From: Candidatus Lokiarchaeum ossiferum
GTDB taxonomy: Archaea; Asgardarchaeota; Lokiarchaeia; Sigyniarchaeales; Promethearchaeaceae
Length of the DNA stretch: 32,000 nt
Reading direction: 5' to 3'
Assembly: GCA_025839675.1 (NCBI GenBank)
Contig: CP104013.1
Span: forward strand, 5,850,001 to 5,882,000
In this document: positions 8,613 to 16,008 of the stretch, piece after piece
Layout: each line of letters starts with the position of its first letter
How positions within the stretch are numbered: the stretch's first letter is position 1
The notes under the pieces: generated by a model
What the model was told of the DNA's origin: nothing
Seen by the model: only the letters and a program-made list of their open reading frames with translations
Databases searched by the model: none
Translations under genes and position numbers: made by a program

Positions 8613-9348
8613 CTTTATATCTTTCATACTCCATAATTTTATCTAAACCAATTAAAGTCCCAACTTTCTCCAAATTTTTAGCAAAATCTTTACAAAAAAA
8701 AGCAAAGTGTCCAGCTATAATGACAAATTCATGGATATCGATTTTTGATTTATAAAGGAGAGGATATTTATCCTTAATCCATGAAAAAAGCTTGAAGTAA
8801 TACTCTTCTAATAGTAATACACTTTCATCTACTAGTTTGTCAATTGTTTCAGAATCGATTTCTGGATTCAAGTCTTTTGCCATTTGTTTCATTGGATTAA
8901 AAATATCTTGCATAATTGAATCGGTTAGAATATTATCTAACTGCTCAGTGATAACTATTGCAGTTCGACCATAATATGCGATGTAATGTCTTCCTTCCAG
9001 AATTTTTACAATCTCTTTTAAATATCCATCTTCTACTAAAGATTTAATATGAAAATGAAAATTTGAAAGTGAATATTGTTGACTATTTTGTTTTTTCAAA
9101 TAAGCAGTATGAAGTTCTTTTGCTGTGAATGCATGTCTACGAGAAAGTTGAAATTTCTTTCCAAATTCATCTTCCAATCCATCACGAATATATTTAATTA
9201 TAAAGCTTTGAACTTCTGATTTCTGAACTTGAGAATATTTTGAAGATTCAATTGTTTTGAAATATTTTAGCTTATGCCAATAAGTGTACAATAATTTCCT
9301 CTTTTTTTCGCTTTCAATATCTTGGGAAGTCATAATAAAAAACACCAT
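8596..9348 (-). CDS. Hypothetical protein with probable ArsR-like winged-helix domain
   Basis: FTAKELHTAYLKKQNSQQYSLSNFHFHIKSLVEDGYLKEIVKILEGRHYIAYYGRTA looks like helix-turn-helix plus a beta wing; the C-terminal half is helical. The start may be M6 (nt 9333). Confidence 0.45.
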   Translation of the reverse strand: MVFFIMTSQDIESEKKRKLLYTYWHKLKYFKTIESSKYSQVQKSEVQSFIIKYIRDGLEDEFGKKFQLSRRHAFTAKELHTAYLKKQNSQQYSLSNFHFHIKSLVEDGYLKEIVKILEGRHYIAYYGRTAIVITEQLDNILTDSIMQDIFNPMKQMAKDLNPEIDSETIDKLVDESVLLLEEYYFKLFSWIKDKYPLLYKSKIDIHEFVIIAGHFAFFCKDFAKNLEKVGTLIGLDKIMEYERYKDEKEI

Positions 9349-9390
9349 TTAGTAAAGACTGAATGATACGATTTAGTAATAACTAAATGG
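9345..9390. promoter_or_regulatory. Three copies of the ATTTAGT core (two direct, one inverted) at and upstream of the wHTH gene start
   Basis: ATTTAGTAA occurs at 9347-9355 and 9371-9379. Inverted copy ACTAAAT at 9382-9388. CCATTTAGT (9345-9353) and ACTAAATGG (9382-9390) form a 9-bp inverted repeat. Confidence 0.3.
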
Positions 9391-9572
9391 TTATATCTTT
9401 TAAAGATTCTCATTTTAATTCTTTATAACTTGATCAAAAAAATTTTATTAAGGTTACTTAATCACTCGATGGAGCAGAATTCGGGGATAATTTAAAGCTT
9501 CGAAAGGTACCTGCAAATTAATAGATTGTTTTAATTTGGAAGTATTAAATTTGTTGCTTCACTTGAATGATC

Positions 9573-10121
9573 TCAAAGTTCATACCGATCAATTTCTAAC
9601 AATGTTTGATTATGATCAAGAAATTCAATTTCCGTGATATCCTTTGAGATTCCGGTAATCCACCCTTCCATCCGGTACTCCCACAAACAAGTACAATATT
9701 CGTCAAGATCTTTCGGTTTTGGGATCATTGAGAAATTTAGTTGGATTTTAGATGGCATTCGCCTAATACTAAAATGAAAATCTGCTTCCTCGGGCAAATA
9801 TTTTTGAAAACAGATAAATTGAAAGTATAATATCTCACCCTCTAAAACAAAATTATAAGGTGCCCGAGTTTCTGCTGATAGATCTACACCAAGAGCAATT
9901 TGTGTTGTATTCATGAATGATTCTGACAAATCGAAATTGGGTAAAGATTCAATATGGGCTTGAAGGGGTATATCAAAATAGGGATAATAGTCTCCTAATT
10001 CTTTTTTTTTTTGAGAAGGAGGATAGAATGCGAGAAAATAAACAAGTATAGAGGTTGAACAAACTAGAGCTATTCCGATAATGCCCATCGTTTTTCTTTT
10101 TTGGGTACTCGATATCGACAT
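9573..10121 (-). CDS. Hypothetical membrane-anchored protein (single N-terminal TM helix, extracytoplasmic domain)
   Basis: N-terminal KRKTMGIIGIALVCSTSILVYFLAFY hydrophobic anchor. The remaining ~140 aa have no motif I recognise. Confidence 0.5.
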   Translation of the reverse strand: MSISSTQKRKTMGIIGIALVCSTSILVYFLAFYPPSQKKKELGDYYPYFDIPLQAHIESLPNFDLSESFMNTTQIALGVDLSAETRAPYNFVLEGEILYFQFICFQKYLPEEADFHFSIRRMPSKIQLNFSMIPKPKDLDEYCTCLWEYRMEGWITGISKDITEIEFLDHNQTLLEIDRYEL

Positions 10122-10230
10122 ACTAGAATCCTAATAATTTATAGTATTCAATCGTAATAAATCTACCATTTTGTAGGATCGAAGGATTATCAATAAGGAA
10201 TAAGAAAAAATAGAGTTCAGATATAATTTT

Positions 10231-10791
10231 TTAACTACAAATTGCAGTCCAAAATTGAGTGCGACCAACTTTTTGAGTACGAATAACTGCATTGGCTTCT
10301 TCTAATTGGCTCATTACTCGCCAAATTTCCGAATTACTGAGTTTGAAATATCTTCGCAGTTCTGGAGTGCTAATTTCCTGCCCGTTAAGTAAGTTTATGA
10401 CAATTCGTTTAATCTCCTCGTAATCTGTGCCTTCTACTTCCGTTTCAGTATCTTGTTCTTCTTCAGTATTATCCATTTGTTGAACCAGCTCGTTTGCAAT
10501 CTGTCCCAATCGTTCCAACTTAGTATTTAAGTTTTCTGGGCGCATGAACAAACAACACAGTTCTAATCCACGGGAAAAAGCCACGATATAAAAATTATTA
10601 TAGAGAATCGCTAAAGGTTGTAGTCCTTCATCGCCCCCCCTGAAGCTCAGATAGAAATTCATTAGAAAAGATTCCATATCAATATTAAATTCACAATCTT
10701 CAAATTGTCGGAACCATTTTATCCCAGGTCCTTCAATCATGTCAAAACCAATCATCGCTGCTGCAATTATTTCACTTTCATCAAATTTCAT
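10231..10791 (-). CDS. Roadblock/longin-like domain protein fused to a C-terminal winged helix-turn-helix
   Basis: An N-terminal ~105-aa alpha/beta domain (IIAAAMIGFDMIEG...LAILYNNFYIVAFSRGLELCCLFMRPEN...LERLGQIANELVQQM), an acidic linker (DNTEEEQDTETEVEGTDYEE), then a wHTH (STPELRRYFKLSNSEIWRVMSQLEEANAVIRTQKVGRTQFW). The ATG directly abuts the upstream GTPase stop (TAAATG). Confidence 0.5.
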   Translation of the reverse strand: MKFDESEIIAAAMIGFDMIEGPGIKWFRQFEDCEFNIDMESFLMNFYLSFRGGDEGLQPLAILYNNFYIVAFSRGLELCCLFMRPENLNTKLERLGQIANELVQQMDNTEEEQDTETEVEGTDYEEIKRIVINLLNGQEISTPELRRYFKLSNSEIWRVMSQLEEANAVIRTQKVGRTQFWTAICS

Positions 10792-11358
10792 TTAATTATC
10801 TCCTCGTTTTCGAGCATCTACATAATTCATGAGTGTATTTATTAATTCGACAATCCGTTGTCGATTATTTTTATCAATGGCCACCATCGGGAAGGTAGGA
10901 ATTTGTAACACATCTTCAACCCGTTCAGGGGACATATGTCCTTGTAAGTCTTGTTTATTCGCTAAGGCGACGAGTTCACAACTTTCGTCAACCAAAGTTT
11001 TGGAATGTTCCAATAATTCTTTCGTTGTGAGAACATTTTTTGGTGTGGAGTCGGTGACAACAAATATAATATCACTTCCGTGCACATATTTGCTCAAATG
11101 TTGTTTAAGATATGCTTTTTGGCCTCCAAAATCCCAGAGACGAACATTTAATCCATCCAAATTTGTAGCTCCTAAATTAAAACCCATGGTAGGATTGTAT
11201 TTTCCTGAGATCAATTGTCCCCGCATGAGTTTGGTTAAAGTGGTTTTTCCTACCGCAGGTGTTCCAATAATGGAAATTTTTGCAGCAGGAGCTTGTTGCG
11301 ATGGTTTAAATGTAGAATTTTTAATAAAGGATTTAAATGTTGATTGCATGGTCATCAC
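10792..11358 (-). CDS. Arf/Arl-like small GTPase
   Basis: G1 GTPAVGKTT, G2 PTMGFN (Arf PTIGFN), G3 WDFGGQ (Arf WDVGGQ), G4 NKQD. The interswitch and IIFVVTDS are colinear with Arf1. It has a 25-aa N-terminal extension containing TFKSFIKNSTF. Confidence 0.85.
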   Translation of the reverse strand: MMTMQSTFKSFIKNSTFKPSQQAPAAKISIIGTPAVGKTTLTKLMRGQLISGKYNPTMGFNLGATNLDGLNVRLWDFGGQKAYLKQHLSKYVHGSDIIFVVTDSTPKNVLTTKELLEHSKTLVDESCELVALANKQDLQGHMSPERVEDVLQIPTFPMVAIDKNNRQRIVELINTLMNYVDARKRGDN

Positions 11359-11564
11359 TATTTTGCTAAAAATCTATACCTTTCTTTAATCAGAAAAAGC
11401 TAATATAGCAAGATATCATCAAGATATGATCACCATCTTGTGTCTCTTATTTGGTAAATATTCCAAAATTATTTTTAAATAGTTTTTAATACTCAACTAA
11501 AAAAGGCTCAGTTTGATTGAGTACAGTAGGTAAGTATAGGGTTCGAAAAAAAAATTTGATTGGA

Positions 11565-11789
11565 ATGCGTTGTATATATCATGAATCTTGCTCCATGATT
11601 AAGAGCAAACGGTTGAAAGCTTTAATGGGGGAACATATTCCCGTCTATTGTGATGGTGATTTTCAGCAATGCGCGCGGGTCAAGTTAAAAGTGGCAGGGA
11701 AGATTGTTCCTATCATGTTATTACCTGATGGAAAAATGATTATAATATCAAAAAAAAAGACTTCAGTAGTGAATTATTCTACTGACTAG
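11565..11789 (+). CDS. Hypothetical small Cys-containing protein
   Basis: ORF with C-x5-C ... YC-x7-C spacing (MRCIYHESC...VYCDGDFQQCARV). Start placed at the first ATG; the ORF track starts it at TTG 11517. No family recognised. Confidence 0.3.
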   Translation: MRCIYHESCSMIKSKRLKALMGEHIPVYCDGDFQQCARVKLKVAGKIVPIMLLPDGKMIIISKKKTSVVNYSTD

Positions 11790-11800
11790 GACCTTGATGC

Positions 11801-12724
11801 CTATTTATTTTTCTTTGTTTTTGTAAAATATAGTATCGAAAATATACCCAATGACAAACTTGAAGCAATTCCGATTAGAGAATAGCCTGGAATACTGGAA
11901 AGATCAATTCCTAAATCCTCAACAAATTCTAGAGAATCAGCCCATGGATAATCATTTAATAAATCATCGTTATCCATGCCCCAGCTATAAGTTTCGCGAA
12001 TTTTACTCTCTTCATTGATTGATGTGTCGGGATTGAATTGAGTTACATTTATCTCGGTCGTGGCAGTTTGCTGTAAAAGCATATTGGAACTTTTTCCATA
12101 CACTAGATAATTAAGTATACGAATTGAAACATCCATCCAAGGTGTGTCTACTGCGGTTGGATAATCTCCAGTTAAGTTCACTTTTAGAAAATACTCCATT
12201 TTGTATGACATAATACGATCTTTTCTGGTGATATAGGCGATATTTTTATCTTCAAAAGCAATGGAATTGCCTTCATTTTGACTAAAGTCGAGTGCTTCGG
12301 TTAGGTAGGTCGAAGCATGGGGAGAATAAATCTGCATCCAGAATAGATCATAGAACATGGATTCCGGCATGCTCGAAGCTTTGGTATTGTTCACCGAGAA
12401 TAGCCATTGATAGTGGGTGGAAGTACTACTATTCATTGTTCCACTATGTTCAATATCTCCATCCCAGATGGTGTCGTCTTCAAGATACCACTCAAATTCC
12501 GTACCATTGACAGTATCGGTCTTTTTAATTATGTCCATATAGACAATTGAAGTGGAATTTTGGGGAACATTATCCCAATCATCCCCATAGTCAGAATAGG
12601 TGTTATCCCATTCGAAGGAGTCATTTTGGTTAAAATAGACTTGTACGGATGCCGAAACTTGTGCGAATTGGGCACTCAGCATAAGGACTAACCCCAATAA
12701 AAGATATGTAATTTTCCGATTCAT
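11801..12724 (-). CDS. Secreted/surface glycoprotein candidate with signal peptide and PGF-CTERM-like anchor
   Basis: N-terminal MNRKITYLLLGLVLMLSAQFAQVSAS signal. Seven N-x-S/T sequons (NDS, NST, NGT, NSS, NNT, NLT, NVT). C-terminus is PGY + 20 hydrophobic residues + KTKKNK. Confidence 0.55.
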   Translation of the reverse strand: MNRKITYLLLGLVLMLSAQFAQVSASVQVYFNQNDSFEWDNTYSDYGDDWDNVPQNSTSIVYMDIIKKTDTVNGTEFEWYLEDDTIWDGDIEHSGTMNSSTSTHYQWLFSVNNTKASSMPESMFYDLFWMQIYSPHASTYLTEALDFSQNEGNSIAFEDKNIAYITRKDRIMSYKMEYFLKVNLTGDYPTAVDTPWMDVSIRILNYLVYGKSSNMLLQQTATTEINVTQFNPDTSINEESKIRETYSWGMDNDDLLNDYPWADSLEFVEDLGIDLSSIPGYSLIGIASSLSLGIFSILYFTKTKKNK

Positions 12725-12834
12725 GATATTTTCCTCTTTTAGTAAAGAAGGATATAATAAAATTGGTTAAACTGAAATATAAATGGAGAAGAAAAACAAA
12801 AACTAAAAATGGAGTTAAAATATCATAAATATCA

Positions 12835-13620
12835 ATGGAACTTGAAATTCTTCGATTAGTGAAATCATTTAATGAAATCATTCGCAACTCTATAACTGGT
12901 CCAGATTGTTTAGATCCGCAGATTTGTTTAGGTGATTGTTGCTTTATTCAAATTCCTGTTCCCAAAGCTTTAGCTTCATATTATATCCAGCAAGGATGGG
13001 CAAAAAAAACTAATTTCAAACGAGGAACTGAATTTTCCTTCGTGATGGCTGCCGATCTATCTTCATTGCGCTGTGTTTTCTTTGATAAGTCGCTCAATGG
13101 TTGTTCTTTGCATATGAGTGGCTATAAAGCTCCACAATGTTGGGTATATCCAACAGGATTGGATATCGATACATTGAATCATTCATGTAAGAAGGCTTCA
13201 GGGTGGAACACCGAAAATACAGAAAATTTATCAAAAGCCAAAGAAATCCTGACCAACTATGTAAAAATTTGCAAAGAAGAAGCTCATTATGAGAACTCCG
13301 CAAAACAAATTCTTCATCGTTTACATTCTAAATATTTAAAGGAACTTCCCAATCTAACCCCCTATCAAGTAACAGGTCTCCAAGATTCTTGGGATCGCTT
13401 TAATATATTGATAGGTGATGGCTATTCAATGGGAATGAAACATTTTTGTGATAAAGTAAAATGTTCTGAATCATATTTTCAATGTGAAAAAATATGTATC
13501 CCCGCTTACAATCAATTCCTTGCTTTTTATGAACTTTATTTGTCCATTTACATTGAGAATTTTGGATTTAAGCAAGATTATCCTATAATCGAGCTAAAAA
13601 AGGTCGAAAATTTATCTTAA
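12835..13620 (+). CDS. Cys-rich protein, YkgJ/CxxCxxCC-like putative Fe-S or zinc-binding domain
   Basis: N-terminal C-x5-C-x3-CC (CLDPQICLGDCCF) and further conserved-looking Cys (LRCVFF, GCSLH, PQCWVYP) resemble PF03692-type proteins. The C-terminal half is unknown. Confidence 0.45.
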   Translation: MELEILRLVKSFNEIIRNSITGPDCLDPQICLGDCCFIQIPVPKALASYYIQQGWAKKTNFKRGTEFSFVMAADLSSLRCVFFDKSLNGCSLHMSGYKAPQCWVYPTGLDIDTLNHSCKKASGWNTENTENLSKAKEILTNYVKICKEEAHYENSAKQILHRLHSKYLKELPNLTPYQVTGLQDSWDRFNILIGDGYSMGMKHFCDKVKCSESYFQCEKICIPAYNQFLAFYELYLSIYIENFGFKQDYPIIELKKVENLS

Positions 13621-13877
13621 TCTAAGCGATCTCAACAGATTTATTGCAAGATTATTTTTATTATAAGGTGGTTATTTTTGGCGAATTTTGTCGGTACTGT
13701 GGAAGTGTAAATTTCCTAATGTATCCCCGTAAGAATATATGGATCTTATACTGGATTTAATATCATCCTCGTTCCTTTTTACATAATACTTAAATAAGCA
13801 AATGATCTTACATATTTATTAAGTAGTTAACATATTAACCCAATAACAACTTAACAATCTGTCAGATCCTTGTGTGA

Positions 13878-14261
13878 ATGGATGTGTGTGAAACAATGGA
13901 TAATATAATCTCATTAAATGAACTAACTCGTACATTTTTCAGCCGTAAATATGAATATATCGTTCCGGAAGAGCCTATTCGGGGTCGTTCGGGGCATAAA
14001 TGGAGTTTTGATGGCATGATAAATTACAAAGGATCTGGCGATGAATCACTGAAAATTGGTGTTTTCGTCAGGGAATGGAATCGAAGTGTTGGTGTGAATC
14101 AAGTACGCCAATTGGAAAAGGCGTGTCGCGATACAAAGTGTGACGGTGGTATTATCGTTGCAGATATTTTCAGTTCAAATGCAGAGATTTTTGCAGAAAA
14201 TTTAGGGATCACTACCGTAGATCGTGCAAAAATCATGTCAAAAATGCAATCTGGTTTATAA
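13878..14261 (+). CDS. Restriction-endonuclease-like (Mrr_cat-like) fold protein, small and stand-alone
   Basis: WSFDGMI...KIGVFVREWNRSVGVNQVRQLEKA...GGIIVADIFSSNAEIFAENLGITTVD follows the Mrr_cat layout (D ... [QE]xK-strand ... V..V..l ... ilvt..f...A...A...gi.l.d). The (D/E)xK position is not canonical. Confidence 0.4.
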   Translation: MDVCETMDNIISLNELTRTFFSRKYEYIVPEEPIRGRSGHKWSFDGMINYKGSGDESLKIGVFVREWNRSVGVNQVRQLEKACRDTKCDGGIIVADIFSSNAEIFAENLGITTVDRAKIMSKMQSGL

Positions 14262-14362
14262 TAGAAGTAGTCATTTTATTGGTTTTTTTCGAAGGTGTTT
14301 CCTTTTTCTCCCTTTATTTGGTCTTAAAATTTTTATGATTATAAGTGATAACTAACTTATTC

Positions 14363-15028
14363 ATGAAAAAAGAAGCCTATTTGCATCCACATAATATAGA
14401 CCAAAAAAATTTAGAGTGGCAAAATGAGCTGGTGCGAATCAAAACTCATTTTCCTTTTTCAATTAAATCCTCTAAAGTGGCATTACTTGTATTGGATATG
14501 CAAGATATCTTTTTAAATGAAGACTCGCATGCCTATATCCCTTCGGGTCCAAGTATTATACCAAATATTAAAAAATTGGTATCTACTTTCTCAGTTCAAA
14601 AGAGTTTGGTTATTTTCACTCGCCATCTTACTTCAAAAGATGAGCAAGATGTAATGTTTCGATGGTGGAGAAATCCGATACTTGAGAGTGATCCGATGTC
14701 GAAAATTACAAACATGCTTGATACTTCAAAGGCTAAAATCCTTCAAAAAAATCAATATAGTGCCTTTTTTTCGACCGATTTGAAGACGTTCCTTCAGAAA
14801 AAAGGGATTAAACAAGTAATAATTACCGGAGTGATGACTCATCTCTGCTGCGAAACGACTGCTCGCGATGCTTTTATGAATGGTTTTGAAATCTTTTTTG
14901 CAATGGATGCCACGGCTGCCTATACGGAAGAATTACATTTGGGAACTTTACGTTCCATCACTCATGGGTTTGGAAGATGTCTTCCTACAACAGAAATTAT
15001 TAAGTCATTTCACACCGAGGTATTGTAG
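14363..15028 (+). CDS. Isochorismatase-family cysteine hydrolase
   Basis: ALLVLDMQDIF (catalytic Asp region) and VIITGVMTHLCCETTARDA (nucleophile Cys region). Start placed at ATG 14363; the ORF opens at GTG 14345. Confidence 0.85.
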   Translation: MKKEAYLHPHNIDQKNLEWQNELVRIKTHFPFSIKSSKVALLVLDMQDIFLNEDSHAYIPSGPSIIPNIKKLVSTFSVQKSLVIFTRHLTSKDEQDVMFRWWRNPILESDPMSKITNMLDTSKAKILQKNQYSAFFSTDLKTFLQKKGIKQVIITGVMTHLCCETTARDAFMNGFEIFFAMDATAAYTEELHLGTLRSITHGFGRCLPTTEIIKSFHTEVL

Positions 15029-15038
15029 GGCGAAGAAC

Positions 15039-15929
15039 ATGGTGCATCCTAAAGAATATCCTGTTATCCTTATTGGTGCTGGTCCTGCTTGCATTACTGC
15101 TGCGATTCAATTAAAGCGTAGTAATATTTCATTTCTGATGATTGGAAAAGATCCTGGAGGGCTTATAGCAAATGCAAACTTGATTGAAAATTTATTAGGT
15201 TTTCCAAAAGGTATTTCTGGAGAAAATTTTGTGTCATTAATATTAACCCAACTAAAAAATCATTCAATAACAATACTCGAAGATGAAGTATTAGCCGTTG
15301 ATTATAAGGAAAGTAAATATTTTGTTAAAACTAAACAAAATCAGTTTGTTGGCAAGAAAATTATCATTGGAACAGGAACATTGCCAAGAAAGATGAATAT
15401 ATCTGACGAATCTCTCTTGTTTGAACAAAGAAAGCTCTTTTATGAAATTAAAAATACGATTCATATAAAACAACCTGAAAAATGGATCATTATTGGAAGT
15501 GGGGATGCTGCTTATGATTACGCATTAAATTTGGCTTCAAGATCGAATCATGTGACAATTTTACAAAGAAGTGAGTCATCTAAAGCGCTACCCTTATTGA
15601 TCAATCGTGTCCAAAAAATATCACAAATCCAAGTAAAATGCAATGTTTCAGTCCTAAAATTGGATCGAAAATCATCAAATGTGGTTCTCACTGTTTCAGA
15701 AGGTCATCAAGAAACCCTACTTTCTGCAGATCGCGTTTTAGTTGCCATCGGAAGGCATCCAAATACGTATTTTCTTTCAAACGATCTTTCAAGCAAAGTT
15801 GATGACTTAATATTGCAAGGATCACTTTTTATGGTGGGAGATGTAAAAAATAAGAGTTTTCGGCAAGTTTCAATTGCCATGGGGGATGGATTGTGGGCAG
15901 CTATGACCATTCTCGGCAACTTTAAATGA
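15039..15929 (+). CDS. Thioredoxin-reductase-like FAD/NAD(P)H flavoprotein without a redox-active CxxC
   Basis: FAD motif VILIGAGPACITAA, IIIGTGTLPR, NAD(P)H motif IIIGSGDAAYDYA, VLVAIGRHPNT, LFMVGDV. The segment where TrxR carries CAxCDG reads LFYEIKN. Start placed at ATG 15039, 8 nt after the isochorismatase stop. Confidence 0.75.
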   Translation: MVHPKEYPVILIGAGPACITAAIQLKRSNISFLMIGKDPGGLIANANLIENLLGFPKGISGENFVSLILTQLKNHSITILEDEVLAVDYKESKYFVKTKQNQFVGKKIIIGTGTLPRKMNISDESLLFEQRKLFYEIKNTIHIKQPEKWIIIGSGDAAYDYALNLASRSNHVTILQRSESSKALPLLINRVQKISQIQVKCNVSVLKLDRKSSNVVLTVSEGHQETLLSADRVLVAIGRHPNTYFLSNDLSSKVDDLILQGSLFMVGDVKNKSFRQVSIAMGDGLWAAMTILGNFK

Positions 15930-16008
15930 TTTTTTTCATCTTTTATATGTATTAGCAAGGAAATTTTGCACATAAAGGATCGTTTTATCAGTTATTGGTT
16001 AGATTGAC

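Noticed and set aside
10634-10640. G7/C7 homopolymer inside the roadblock-wHTH gene (codons for RGGD) as a possible slippage or phase-variation site
   Set aside because: It is rare for this composition, but it is a single short run in frame with no evidence of alternative frames. Reads would be needed to see any variation.
10829-11389. 186-aa + strand ORF covering the whole Arf-like GTPase gene in antisense
   Set aside because: The - strand frame carries complete G1-G4 GTPase motifs. The + strand product is low-complexity, Cys/Phe-rich and motif-free. Long antisense ORFs are expected by chance opposite genes in AT-rich DNA.
11409-11523. Small direct and inverted repeats in the divergent region upstream of the GTPase operon: CAAGATAT x2 at 11409 and 11420, a CAAGAT/ATCTTG hairpin at 11420-11440, and TACTCAA/TTGAGTA at 11490-11523
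   Set aside because: The stems are only 6-8 bp, within chance expectation for AT-rich intergenic DNA. Noted only as candidates if TSS data become available.
12630-12887. 85-aa - strand ORF overlapping the 5' end of the surface-protein gene and the start of the 12835 gene
   Set aside because: It overlaps two better-supported CDS. The 12724 start gives a textbook signal peptide.
14880-15038. Upstream extension of the TrxR-like ORF overlapping the isochorismatase gene by about 150 nt
   Set aside because: The FAD-binding motif begins about 8 residues after the ATG at 15039. The extension overlaps a well-supported CDS in another frame.
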